Source: Deltaproteobacteria bacterium
GTDB taxonomy: Bacteria; Desulfobacterota; GWC2-55-46
Assembly (NCBI GenBank): GCA_016219015.1
Contig: JACRCL010000005.1
Span: forward strand, 17,095 to 81,094
Direction: 5' to 3'
DNA length: 64,000 nucleotides
Part shown: piece after piece, positions 43,652-53,356 of the stretch
How the letters are laid out: every line of letters begins with the position of its first letter
How positions within the stretch are numbered: position 1 is the first letter of the stretch
Notes under the pieces: generated by a model
The model's database searches: none
Told to the model about the DNA's origin: nothing
Seen by the model: only the letters and a program-made list of their open reading frames with translations
Position numbers and translations under genes: made by a program

Positions 43652-44224
43652 CTAATCCTGTTTCTTCGGCGTTATGGCGAGCTTCGCCTTGCCGTCTTTT
43701 ATGTACACCCTGAGGTCCACGTCTTTCGTATTGTACTTCTCTTCGACCTTTTTCTTATACTCCTCGACCGTCTTTTCAAGCGTTTTAAGGGTTATGCCCT
43801 CTGTAGGCTCGTTGCAGGCCTTGCGGGCCTCGAGGTATTTCTCGTAGACTGCGTCTATCCCGCCGTCTTTCCGGGGCTTCGCCTCGTCCTCTTTTACGGG
43901 TGCGGGCTTCTTCACGGCATCAGGCGGCCTTAGCGCGTCTTCGTCGCCCTCGGCCTTCCTGGAGAAATCCCCCTCCTCTATGGCGCGGAGCGTCCGCGTC
44001 CAGTACTGCTTGTAGGAGTTGTACCTGGCTACCAGCGCGTTGTACTTGAATTTTATGGAGGTGTTGGTAAGGTTCTTGTTGCTGTACAGGAGTATGAGCC
44101 TCTCCACCTCTTCCCTGAGCTTGGCGGGCTCGCGCTTCAGTACCCTCATGAAGTACTGTTCGTACTCCACTTTGAGCCGCGCGACCTTGGAGTCGAGGAT
44201 ATCTATATCTTCTTTTGCGCCCAT
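43652..44224 (-). CDS. Hypothetical protein resembling the MXAN_5187 C-terminal domain family
   Basis: LKVEYEQYF...REP, W-R-LR-IEEG and KDGKAKL pattern (recognised from memory). Confidence 0.7.
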   Translation of the reverse strand: MGAKEDIDILDSKVARLKVEYEQYFMRVLKREPAKLREEVERLILLYSNKNLTNTSIKFKYNALVARYNSYKQYWTRTLRAIEEGDFSRKAEGDEDALRPPDAVKKPAPVKEDEAKPRKDGGIDAVYEKYLEARKACNEPTEGITLKTLEKTVEEYKKKVEEKYNTKDVDLRVYIKDGKAKLAITPKKQD

Positions 44225-44442
44225 AATATCCCCTGGCAGGACGGAGTGCGGCAAAAGCAGACCGCGAGATCGTAAAAATCCGGCAATTCGAGAGGCTTGG
44301 CCGTCTGGCTGCTCGCCGGCTCACGAAGTGACAAGGCGAGCAATATCAAAGAAAAATTCCTTGCCAGAAAGAACGGAGTTCTGCCATTCACTTCGGACAA
44401 GCCGTTGTTGAAAAGCCATGGATGAGCTTTTTCAACATCCTG

Positions 44443-45633
44443 TTAGAAGATGGCCGTGAGGATCACCCGCGCCTTGTCCTCTCTTTCGTTCGCCCCCACG
44501 GCATGGTCGTCGTCGGAAAGCCTCCTTAGCTCAAGCTGGGCCGAGACATTGCTGAGTATATTATACCTCGCCATAAGGGTCTGTGACCTGGCGCCTTTCT
44601 TCCCTTTTTCCTTTAATTCATCGAACCTTCCGGCGAAGCTTACCCTCGGCAACGGCATATACAATACCTCGGCCAGATAGTCTTCCGCGTCGCCGTTTCC
44701 GCTCCTGTCGGACTTGAAATACCCGGCCGTAAAGGTGAAAGGGCCCGTCCCGGCCTCGGCGGCGATGCCGTATTTATTGTATGAGACGTCCTCAGCCCCG
44801 CTCTTTTCCTTGCCGCCCCGGTATATGAGCCCGAGGTTGTAGTTCTCGTTGAAAGACAAAGAATAGATGGCGTAATAGCCCTTGAGCTTGTCGTCGCCGT
44901 TCACGTCTTCCCTCGATACCCCTATTGAATACCGGTGCGCGAAGGTCCGTTCGTCGCCGTATGAATATGAGCCGTTAAGCTCCACGGCCCTCTGCTCGAA
45001 GGTGAGGATGTTGAGCCTGGACTCCGCCAGATACCTGTTGGTTATGACGGCCCCCGGCGGGTTGAGGAAAGGCAACCCCATGTCCCACTGCCCGGCCCTC
45101 AGGTTAAGAAACCCTTCCCCGTAAGGGCCGGCCAGGTCGTTAATCTGGACAAAGGCCTTGTGTATGGTCGTATCGGAGCCCGTGTCGGTCTGCTCGAACT
45201 TGATTATGCCGAAGGCCGAGACCTTGCCGGTCTTGCCCATCGCGCCCCCGGCTATAAGCTCGGCCTCCTCTATCTTCAAGTCGGACGATTCGGTCCTCAA
45301 GCCGCTCGTCTTAAATTTGTTGTAGATGCCCTCCACCTCCATCTCGAAAGAGGCGGGGATCGACGCCCAGTCCTTCACGTCCTTCCACTCGCCCTCCCCG
45401 GCCAGCCTGTACCCGTTCGCCCTGAAGGTGCGGCCGGTCTCGTTAAGCTTGGGGAAGAGCTTGTGGCAGAAGGTGCAGTCCCTGCCGATCTGCCTTGAGA
45501 ACGCGGGCACGGCCAGGGCGCTGTCCGGGATGATAAAGAAAAACAAGGAGAAAAAAGGGAGGAGGAGTATCCTCGCCAGCCTGGAGTAACGGAGGTGTCT
45601 ATCCGGGGTGTTCACTTTCGGTCTCGTTCCCAC
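44443..45633 (-). CDS. Cyc2-like monoheme cytochrome-porin fusion
   Basis: Signal peptide, then AVPAFSRQIGRDCTFCH..FPKLN..G..F..NGY; amphipathic beta strands; C-terminal Phe. Confidence 0.8.
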   Translation of the reverse strand: MGTRPKVNTPDRHLRYSRLARILLLPFFSLFFFIIPDSALAVPAFSRQIGRDCTFCHKLFPKLNETGRTFRANGYRLAGEGEWKDVKDWASIPASFEMEVEGIYNKFKTSGLRTESSDLKIEEAELIAGGAMGKTGKVSAFGIIKFEQTDTGSDTTIHKAFVQINDLAGPYGEGFLNLRAGQWDMGLPFLNPPGAVITNRYLAESRLNILTFEQRAVELNGSYSYGDERTFAHRYSIGVSREDVNGDDKLKGYYAIYSLSFNENYNLGLIYRGGKEKSGAEDVSYNKYGIAAEAGTGPFTFTAGYFKSDRSGNGDAEDYLAEVLYMPLPRVSFAGRFDELKEKGKKGARSQTLMARYNILSNVSAQLELRRLSDDDHAVGANEREDKARVILTAIF

Positions 45634-45651
45634 CTAAAGCTCCTTTCAGCG

Positions 45652-46677
45652 TCAATCCGAAACCTTAATGGCCTTCACGTCCGCGTCCGTCCCGAGCCCG
45701 ATGGTAAAGGGGAAAGAGACGTAGTGCTTCCTTTTGGCCGCGCCGTCCTCGTGTATCGCCATGCCCGCGGAGACCGCCTCTCCGTCGCTTACGGATATGT
45801 CATACGGGTCCTTTGTCTTGAGCCTTATCTTGAATACCGCCGTGTACCTGCCGCCCGCCCACTCCCCGGAGGCCTCGGGCGCGGCCCCGTCCTCCCACCG
45901 CCTGTCGTCGAATATCCAGCCGTTGTATGGCGTGGAGGCCTTTTCGCCAAGCTCCACGGACCTCAGGTCGATCCTGCCGCCCTCCTTGAGCTTCTTTGAA
46001 AGCTCTTTCTCGCTTTTGAACTCGTTCCAGGACGTCTTCGCGTAAAAGGCGTAGAGCCTGACGTCGTCCCTCCCGAGGGCCTTATAAAAAGGGGTCGACT
46101 CGACCTCTTTCTTCGAGGGGGTAGAGGGCATCGTGTTCAGGTCGTTGTGGCAGGCTATGAAGCAGCCGTATTTGCGGAAGTAGAGGTCGGATTTATTGAG
46201 CTGTATGGAGGCCCTGTCGGGTATCGCGGAAGGGGACTTCTTCTGGTTCCAGCCCGCGCCCTTCGACTCCCATTCGGCCCTTATGTAGAGGTAATCCGCG
46301 TCGTACGCGGCCTGGACCTTAGCGGTTATGACGCCTTTTCTTCCCGGCAGGGGCTCCGGCTCGAACGGGTTATGCGAGCGCTTCATCTTTACCGTGCCGG
46401 CGGCTATCTCGTCGGCCTTCAAGTCGAGCTCTCCTTCCTTGCTCATGTGGCAGTGCCTGCATTCCTTCCTGCCCTGCTTTATCTCCCTGCCCCCGAGCCT
46501 GTGGTCTTCGCTCGTGAGGAACTCCCACGAGGTGACGCCGGGGTAGAAGAGCGTAAGCCTGGAGGCCTCGGCCTTTGACCAGTTTATCTCTTTTGAGTGG
46601 CTGTTAACGGGGATGAGAATCAGAGCGAGGGCGGCAGCCGGCAGGAAAATCGACCTGAACACGCATAGCGAGCGCAT
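45652..46677 (-). CDS. NirB/c552-like periplasmic cytochrome c (EB_dh/DOMON-like)
   Basis: Signal peptide, WSK..LFYPG..SWEF..DH, CRHCH, GCFIACH, KHYVSFP; start set at MRSLC. Confidence 0.78.
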   Translation of the reverse strand: MRSLCVFRSIFLPAAALALILIPVNSHSKEINWSKAEASRLTLFYPGVTSWEFLTSEDHRLGGREIKQGRKECRHCHMSKEGELDLKADEIAAGTVKMKRSHNPFEPEPLPGRKGVITAKVQAAYDADYLYIRAEWESKGAGWNQKKSPSAIPDRASIQLNKSDLYFRKYGCFIACHNDLNTMPSTPSKKEVESTPFYKALGRDDVRLYAFYAKTSWNEFKSEKELSKKLKEGGRIDLRSVELGEKASTPYNGWIFDDRRWEDGAAPEASGEWAGGRYTAVFKIRLKTKDPYDISVSDGEAVSAGMAIHEDGAAKRKHYVSFPFTIGLGTDADVKAIKVSD

Positions 46678-46828
46678 GAACGAGCGAATCGAAATTTTTT
46701 CCTTATGTGTCGAAGATTCCCCGCAGCAAGCTGCGGGGAGATTCAATCCAATCATAACTCCTCCTTGTCGGGACTTGAAGGGTTGGAAAAGAATTATGGA
46801 GGTCAAGCCCGGTCACGGCCCCTCCCGC

Positions 46829-49021
46829 TTAAGCCTTGAAGCTGCCGACGGTATTTCTTAATGTATCGGCCTGTTTATTCATTTCCTTTACGGTTTTTTC
46901 GAGCCTTACGGCGAGCGCCGCGTTGTCCTCGGCGGCCTTTTTGACCGTCTCCACGGCCGCCACTATCCTCTTCGAGAACTTCATCTGCTCGGAGGTGGCC
47001 CCGGCCACCCTCTGGATCTTGCCGACGACCTTGAAAATGGCCTCCGAGACGTGCTTGCTCTCCCGAGACTGCTCGATGGTGGAGAGCTTGACCTTCTCCA
47101 TGAACTCCTTCATCTGGACGGTGTCTTTCAATATCTCTTTCGCGGCCGTGGACTGCTCGTTGGCGGCGTTCTTGATGTCGCCGACCATCTGGCTTATGAC
47201 CTGCGCCACGTTCGATATCTGCCCTGCCCCCTTGGTCTGCTCGATCGTCGCCTTCTCTATCATCTTCGCCATTTCGAAGGACCTCCGGGCCGAATCGAGT
47301 ATCTTCGTGAGGGCCTCCTGGGCGTCCCTGGACAGCCTCACGCCGTCCTCCACGGTGCCGGAGCTCCTCTGCATCGATTCCACGGCGAAGGCCACCTCGC
47401 TCTGGACCTGGCTTATGAGCTCCGCTATCTCCTTCGTGGAAGAGGTGGTCTTGGTGGCGAGGTCCTTTACCTGCCGGGCCACGACGGCGAAGCCCTTGCC
47501 GTGCTCCCCGGCCTGGGCCGCCAGTATGGTGGCGTTCAATGCGAGCAGGTGGGTGGTGTCGGCTATGTCGTTTATGACGGTAAGTATGCTCCCTATCTCC
47601 TTCGACCTCTCGCCCAGCCTGTTGACCACGAGGGCCGTGGAAGCCACCTCCTGGTTTATCTTCTCCATCCCCTCCTTGGTCTTCACGACCGAGGCCATGC
47701 CGAGGTCCTCGGCGTCCTCGCGGACCTTCTCCGCCAGCTCGGCCTGCGACCTCGAGTAATTCTCGACGTCCTTGACGTTCGAGCCTATCTCGATTATCGA
47801 GGAGACGACCTCCTCGGTCTTTTTAAAGAGCTCGTCCACGTGGGAGGCGACCTGGTTTATCGATATCGCCATCTCGTTTATGGAGGACGTGGTCGAGGAG
47901 GCGGAGTAGAAGAGCTTCTCTATGTTGACCTTCACCTCGTCAACGGACGAGGACATGGCGCGGGCGGAACCCGAGACCTCGATGGATGAGCCGTTCAGGG
48001 CCTCGGCCTCCTCGGCGACGGTCTTTATCGACGCGTCCATCTCCTTTATGGAGGTGGACGTGTCCTCCGAGGCCTGGAGCTGCTTGTGGACCGCCTCGAC
48101 TATCTCCTTCGACGACGCCTCTATCTCCTTGGAGGCGGTGGTGACCTCCCTGGATATGCCGAATATCTCCTTTACCATGTGCTGCATGCCCTCGACGAAC
48201 TTGTTGAACCACTTGCCGAGCAGGCCAATCTCGTCGTTGGAGCTTATCTCGAGCCTCTTGGTGAGGTCGCCCTTGCCCTCGGCTATGGCCTTGAGCATGT
48301 CTACCGTCCTGTCCACCGGCCGTATGACGACCGCCGTGACGAGCAGGCCCAGCAGCACGGAAGTGGCGGCCACCGTAAGCACCCCGTAGAGTATCCACCT
48401 GTCCCTCGAGCGCCCGAGAAGGCCGTACATCTCGTCGAGCGACGTCGATATCATCAACACGCCCCTCGCGGTCTCCTCGTGCGAGTGGCAGGAGCTGCAC
48501 TTGGGCCGCGCCAGTATGGGGACGAGGTAGGTGAACAGGCTCTTTTCACCGTCCTTCTCTATGTAATAGACCGCCTCCTTCTTCCCCTTCTTGAAGTTCT
48601 GCAGAGCCTTCTTGAACTCGTTTATCTGGATGCCCTGGGCTACGTTATTGAGGTTGTTCGGGTGGTCGACGGTCCACTCGGGCTTTATCTCGCCGAACTC
48701 GGCCTTGACCGCGTTCAGGGTCTTGTAGTCCTTGAACGCCTCCTCCACCCCGTTGCCCCTTATTATCTGGACCCTCTCGACGTTCTTTATGGTCTTCAAG
48801 CCCTCGATGAGGAAGCGGGGCATGTCGGCCCTCTCGTCAAGCATGTCCTTGTAGATGGTATGGAGGATAGGCTGCGCCATCAGCTCGCTCGCCTTCATCC
48901 TTTCGCGCAGCAGGCTCTTCTCCTCCTCCTTTATGACGAGGAAGATAATGGCGCCGAAGCCGACGAGCGTAAGCCCAATCGTTAAGTTGAGTATCTTTGC
49001 CTTTAAGCCTTGACGGAACAT
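46829..49021 (-). CDS. Methyl-accepting chemotaxis protein with c-type heme sensor domain
   Basis: TM, periplasmic domain with CSSCH, TM, HAMP, LLALNATILAAQAGEHGKGFAVVA. Confidence 0.92.
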   Translation of the reverse strand: MFRQGLKAKILNLTIGLTLVGFGAIIFLVIKEEEKSLLRERMKASELMAQPILHTIYKDMLDERADMPRFLIEGLKTIKNVERVQIIRGNGVEEAFKDYKTLNAVKAEFGEIKPEWTVDHPNNLNNVAQGIQINEFKKALQNFKKGKKEAVYYIEKDGEKSLFTYLVPILARPKCSSCHSHEETARGVLMISTSLDEMYGLLGRSRDRWILYGVLTVAATSVLLGLLVTAVVIRPVDRTVDMLKAIAEGKGDLTKRLEISSNDEIGLLGKWFNKFVEGMQHMVKEIFGISREVTTASKEIEASSKEIVEAVHKQLQASEDTSTSIKEMDASIKTVAEEAEALNGSSIEVSGSARAMSSSVDEVKVNIEKLFYSASSTTSSINEMAISINQVASHVDELFKKTEEVVSSIIEIGSNVKDVENYSRSQAELAEKVREDAEDLGMASVVKTKEGMEKINQEVASTALVVNRLGERSKEIGSILTVINDIADTTHLLALNATILAAQAGEHGKGFAVVARQVKDLATKTTSSTKEIAELISQVQSEVAFAVESMQRSSGTVEDGVRLSRDAQEALTKILDSARRSFEMAKMIEKATIEQTKGAGQISNVAQVISQMVGDIKNAANEQSTAAKEILKDTVQMKEFMEKVKLSTIEQSRESKHVSEAIFKVVGKIQRVAGATSEQMKFSKRIVAAVETVKKAAEDNAALAVRLEKTVKEMNKQADTLRNTVGSFKA

Positions 49022-49156
49022 CCTTCAAGCACTCCACAGCCCGGCCCGTGCAAAAACGGGCGGCTTTACGGCAGATGCAGCATCAGTTAAAGTCAGAATA
49101 ACGCCGAGAGGGGGACTTGTAATATAACACCTTGCCCAAAGGTTAGATAGAAAGAA

Positions 49157-49300
49157 GGCTGCCACTAAAAATTGTTCTTTTTCCTGACCTCTGCGTCAGG
49201 ACGAAAATAAAAATGCTCACATATTCACACATATATGCTGCGCTTTTTATTTCCGCCCTTCCTTGACTTCAGAAAAAATTCCTGCTTTTCAGAGGCATCC
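49157..49300. mobile_element. 144-bp MITE-like element
   Basis: Termini GGCTGCCACTAAAAATT / TTTTCAGAGGCATCC, related to the 27639 element. Confidence 0.65.
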
Positions 49301-49438
49301 GGAAAATAGTATGCCGACGGGTATTATAATATTTCTAAAGTTGGATTGTATTAAAAAGCCGCTTGCCGTGTCAATATAAAAGAGCCTTCAAGGAAAGACT
49401 CCTTTCCCGGGCCGTAAGACCTGAGGAAGACTGATTAT

Positions 49439-49554
49439 TGTCATTCTGAGGGAGCTGTGGCGACCGAAGAATCTCGTAGGTTGCTGATTAGTCTATATAC
49501 GAGATTCTTCCCCTTCGCTTCGCTCAGGGCTTCGGCTCACACGCTCAGAATGAC
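49439..49554. repeat. GTCATTCTGAG-type REP-like palindrome, copy 3
   Basis: TGTCATTCTGAG...GAAGAATCTCGT...ACGAGATTCTTC...CTCAGAATGACA. Confidence 0.85.
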
Positions 49555-49698
49555 ACGCGGTTGTGAATGGGTATGCCGGCCGCAACCCCGTCGCTTTAGC
49601 GGCGGGTCAAGGCTGGCAAATAAAAATGACCCTCCGTACCATCGAATTCTCCGTCATTTAGGGCGGAGAATTTTCATTAATCAGCAGCCTCCTAAAAG

Positions 49699-49730
49699 AA
49701 AAGGCCCGCCGGGTAGTACCCGGCGGGCCT
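49699..49730 (-). terminator. Intrinsic terminator of the lipoprotein gene
   Basis: AGGCCCGCCGGGTA-g-TACCCGGCGGGCCT with a T-run on the minus strand. Confidence 0.85.
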
Positions 49731-49751
49731 GGAAGAGCGGCTATATCGGAG

Positions 49752-50054
49752 CTACTTCCTCTTCTTCTTCGCTGGGGCCTTGGCGGGGGTCTTTGCGGCG
49801 GGTTTCTTGGCCCGCGCCTCAAGCTCCTTCTTCGCGGCGTCCCTCTCGGCCGTAAGGCTCGTCACCTGGTTCTTGAGGTCCTCGACTTCCTTCTGTATCG
49901 TCGCTACCTGGTTCTTAAGGTTGTTGTTCTCCTCCGTAAGGGTGGAGATCTGCCCCTTTAGCTGTTCGTTCTCCTGCTTGAGCTGCTGGCCGCAGCCCGC
50001 CACCAATAGCAGGGCCGCAAATACCATTCCGAGTAAACCGAGCTTCTTCCTCAT
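49752..50054 (-). CDS. Small coiled-coil lipoprotein with Lys/Ala/Pro tail
   Basis: Lipobox LVAG-C, heptad repeats, ends PAKKKRK; SD AAGGAG; alternative start 50060. Confidence 0.85.
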   Translation of the reverse strand: MRKKLGLLGMVFAALLLVAGCGQQLKQENEQLKGQISTLTEENNNLKNQVATIQKEVEDLKNQVTSLTAERDAAKKELEARAKKPAAKTPAKAPAKKKRK

Positions 50055-50159
50055 TTCCATACTCTCCTTACTGTTTTTTTAAAGCAAGACCGAAATCCAA
50101 AAATAGAACGCCCGGCCACGATTGGCGGGCGGCACGCAAAAGCCGGAAGGTGAGAGAGA

Positions 50160-50188
50160 ATTTTAGAAAAAACGGAAATCCATGTCAA
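50160..50188 (-). promoter_or_regulatory. sigma70 promoter
   Basis: TTGACA-17 nt-TAAAAT on the minus strand. Confidence 0.7.
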
Positions 50189-50196
50189 GATAAAAA

Positions 50197-51618
50197 TCAA
50201 CCCTGTTCCTGGGGGCCCCTTTGCCTCGCCTGCGGCGTCCTCGGCGCGGAGTACGACTGTTTGTCTATCCCGAACTTGTTGAGCCTGTACTGGAGCGTCC
50301 TGTAGCTCATGCCGAGCAGGGCCGCCGCCTTTCCGAGCGAACCGTTGGACTTGGTCATGGCCTTTACCAGCATCTCTTTCTCGAACTCCTCGAAGGATAT
50401 GCCCTCGTCCGGGAGCTGGAAGTCCGTGTTCCCGAGCGTTATGGGCCTTGTCATCACCTCCATCGGCAGGGCGTCGGCCCCGATTACCTCTCCGTCGCTC
50501 AGGAGCACGGCCCTCTCGATGGCCGCCTCGAGCTGGCGGACGTTGCCCGGCCAGTAGTAGTTGATAAGGATGTTCATCGCCTCGTCGGACACGCCCTTTA
50601 TGTTCTTCTCCAGCGGCTCCGCGTACCTTTTTATGAAAAAGGCGACGAGCTCGGGTATGTCGCTCTTCCTGTCGCGCAGCGGCGGTATCTTGAAGGCGAT
50701 GACGTTCAGCCTGTAGAAGAGGTCCTCCCGGAAGCTCCCCTTCCTTATCTCCACGTCGAGGTCCTTGTTGGTGGCGGCTATTATCCTGACGTTCACCTTT
50801 ACGCTCAGGCTGCCGCCGAGCCGCCTTATCTCCCTCTCCTGTATGACGCGCAGGAGCTTGGACTGGAGGGCCAGGCTCATGTCCCCTATCTCGTCTAAGA
50901 ATATCGTCCCGTCCTGCGCGGCCTCAAATAGCCCCGTGTTCCTCGCGTACGCGCCGGTGAACGCGCCCTTCTCGTACCCGAAAAGCTCGGTCTCCAGCAG
51001 CGTCTCCGGTATCGCCGCGCAGTTGATGGCCAAAAAGGACTTGCCCGAGCGGGGGCTCGAGTAGTGCAGGGCCCTGGCGATGAGCTCCTTTCCCGTCCCG
51101 CTCTCCCCGTATATGAGGACGGTGGCCGACGAGCCGGAGACCTTCTTTATCATCCTGAATATCTCCCTCATCTTGCTGTCGGTCCCGATTATGCCCTCCG
51201 GCCTGAATTTTTTTTCGAGCTGCTGCCTGAGCCTTATGTTCTCGCTCATGAGCCTGGACTTCTCGACCGCCTTCTTGGCCGTGATGAGGAGCTTCTCCCT
51301 GTCGAGCGGCTTTGTGAGGTAATCGAACGCCCCGTCCCTTATCGCCTCCACCGCCGAATCTATCGACCCGTGCGCCGTCACTATCACGATGCTTATGCTC
51401 GGCTTTTCCCTGTTTATCTGCTTCAATAGCTCGTGGCCGTCGACGCCCGGCATCTTGAGGTCGCTGAAGACCAGGTCGAAGTTGTTCTTCTGTATGGCCG
51501 AGAGGGCCTCCTGCGCCCCGGTGGCCACGCCTACGTCGAAGCCCTCGGACTCGAGTATCGTCTTCAATATCTCTCTCTGGCCTTTTTCGTCGTCTACGAC
51601 GAGTACCGTGCCTTCCAT
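50197..51618 (-). CDS. sigma54-dependent NtrC-family response regulator
   Basis: REC domain, GESGTGKE, GAFTGA, Fis HTH. Confidence 0.96.
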   Translation of the reverse strand: MEGTVLVVDDEKGQREILKTILESEGFDVGVATGAQEALSAIQKNNFDLVFSDLKMPGVDGHELLKQINREKPSISIVIVTAHGSIDSAVEAIRDGAFDYLTKPLDREKLLITAKKAVEKSRLMSENIRLRQQLEKKFRPEGIIGTDSKMREIFRMIKKVSGSSATVLIYGESGTGKELIARALHYSSPRSGKSFLAINCAAIPETLLETELFGYEKGAFTGAYARNTGLFEAAQDGTIFLDEIGDMSLALQSKLLRVIQEREIRRLGGSLSVKVNVRIIAATNKDLDVEIRKGSFREDLFYRLNVIAFKIPPLRDRKSDIPELVAFFIKRYAEPLEKNIKGVSDEAMNILINYYWPGNVRQLEAAIERAVLLSDGEVIGADALPMEVMTRPITLGNTDFQLPDEGISFEEFEKEMLVKAMTKSNGSLGKAAALLGMSYRTLQYRLNKFGIDKQSYSAPRTPQARQRGPQEQG

Positions 51619-53055
51619 CTATACCCCCGGGACCGCGGGCAGGGTCAAGGTCACTGCCGTGCCTTTGCCCTCCGCGCTCGACAGCATTATCCTGCCCCCG
51701 TGCTCCTCCACTATCCTTTTGGTGAGGGCGAGCCCGAGCCCTATGCCAATCTCCTTCGTGGTGAAGTACGGCTCGAACACCCTGTCCATGTTCCCGGGGG
51801 CTATGCCGCAGCCCGTGTCCTCGACCCTTATCGTTACGGCCCCGTTCACGACCCTGTCCTCGACCGTAAGATGGCCGCCCTCGGGCATGGCCTGTATCGC
51901 GTTAAGGAAGATGTTCAGGAAGCAGGTCTTTATGTGCCTGTAGTCGGCCATGACCGAATAGCGCGCCCCGGAGCTCCTCACCTCCACGCCTATCTTCTGC
52001 TCGGAGCACCTCTCCCCGAGGAGGGCCAGGGTCTCGCCTATTATCGGATCGAGCGAGATGTTCTTGAGGTTAAGGTTCAGGGGCCGGCCGAAGTTCAAGA
52101 AGTTGCTGACCATCCCGTCGAGCCTCTCGATCTCGGATTTCACCCTGGCGATGGTCGAAAGGAAGCTCTCCTTCTTCTCCGGCTCGGAGGGCGCGTGGGC
52201 GACCCTCAGGTGGTCGATGGAGAGGTTTATGAGGTTAAGGGGGTTCCTCACCTCGTGGGCTATCCCGGAGGCGAGAGTGCCTATCTTCGACATGTGCTCG
52301 GCCTCCTTGAGCTTCGACTGCAGCGCCCTGTTCTCATTGAGCTTCATCACCATGTCGTTGAAGTTCTGCGTGAGCCTGCCTATCTCGTCGTGCCCCTGCA
52401 CAATAAGGCTTACGGACAGGTCCCCCCCGGCCACCCTCTGCGCCGCTTGCGCTATCGACTGTATCGGCTCCGTGTATTTCTTGGACAGGTACATGGCCAC
52501 GAGTATGCCTATCGAGAATATGGCGAGGGTGGCCAGGAGGCGGTTACGGTGGTTGGCGCGGGCTATCGACTCGAAGTCCTCGAACTGCGTTTCTATGTGT
52601 ATGTAGCCGAGCCGCTCCTTGCCCATGACGACCGGCAGGAGCATGTCGTACTGCTTCTGGCCGCCCGTCGTGGTCATGTACTCGGTCACGTTGCCGATGT
52701 TCTTTACGCTTTCGCCCTTTATGAAGAGCTTTTTCCCTATGAGGCGGGGGTTCGAGCTCGCTATGACGTCCCTGGTGTTGTTTATGACGGATATCTCCTT
52801 GATCCCTTTTTTCTTTACGCTCATGAGGCTTTTTAACTTGTCGAGCCCCTCGCCCTCGCTGGTCTTGGATATCTGCTCGATGCTCACCTGTATGGCGGTG
52901 GACAGCTCCTCCGTATGGTGCCTGACCTCCTCTATCAGGTCCTTCTCCGCCCTCGCGTAGAGTATGAGGAGGAAGGCTATCGACAGAAAGCAGAGCGATA
53001 CCATCATGAAAAGGAGCTTTGTCTTAAGGTTCAGGTCGGAAAGGATCGTATGCAT
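51619..53055 (-). CDS. Membrane sensor histidine kinase (HAMP)
   Basis: Two TM, HAMP, AHEVRNPL, N/G1/F/G2 boxes. Confidence 0.95.
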   Translation of the reverse strand: MHTILSDLNLKTKLLFMMVSLCFLSIAFLLILYARAEKDLIEEVRHHTEELSTAIQVSIEQISKTSEGEGLDKLKSLMSVKKKGIKEISVINNTRDVIASSNPRLIGKKLFIKGESVKNIGNVTEYMTTTGGQKQYDMLLPVVMGKERLGYIHIETQFEDFESIARANHRNRLLATLAIFSIGILVAMYLSKKYTEPIQSIAQAAQRVAGGDLSVSLIVQGHDEIGRLTQNFNDMVMKLNENRALQSKLKEAEHMSKIGTLASGIAHEVRNPLNLINLSIDHLRVAHAPSEPEKKESFLSTIARVKSEIERLDGMVSNFLNFGRPLNLNLKNISLDPIIGETLALLGERCSEQKIGVEVRSSGARYSVMADYRHIKTCFLNIFLNAIQAMPEGGHLTVEDRVVNGAVTIRVEDTGCGIAPGNMDRVFEPYFTTKEIGIGLGLALTKRIVEEHGGRIMLSSAEGKGTAVTLTLPAVPGV

Positions 53056-53220
53056 AAACGCAGGGCCTGTTAAAAGGAGCCGTTAAAAGGAGGCTATCCA
53101 TTTAAATTATATTATTTCAGGGCGCTAATCAAGCTGCAAAGCTCCCCTTGCCATTAATTGTTGACACACCCCGGTTTTTTTGCTAATATTCGCGCCGCGT
53201 GTAACAAAACCTGAAAATTT

Positions 53221-53341
53221 AGGCTGCTCTAAAAAGCTCCAGATGCGAGGCGTCGAGGAGCGAGGAACGAGTCGTACTCTTTTTGTACGTCGCAGTGACG
53301 AGCGACGGAGACAACAAAGCAGATGGACTTTTTGAGCAGCC
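53221..53341. repeat. Family-A MITE-like repeat
   Basis: AGGCTGCTCTAAAAAGCTCCAGATGC...GCAGATGGACTTTTTGAGCAGCC. Confidence 0.9.
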
Positions 53342-53356
53342 GTAACGGAGCCATTC

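Noticed and set aside
46678-46806. Extra N-terminus of the NirB-like ORF
   Set aside because: Runs through a palindromic element; the signal peptide begins at 46677
49022-49156. Possible c-di-GMP riboswitch before the MCP
   Set aside because: A hairpin is present but the GEMM consensus elements were not found
51433-52836. Long antisense ORFs (also 13884-15140, 62239-63612 and others)
   Set aside because: Shadow frames of GC-rich genes with no recognisable motifs
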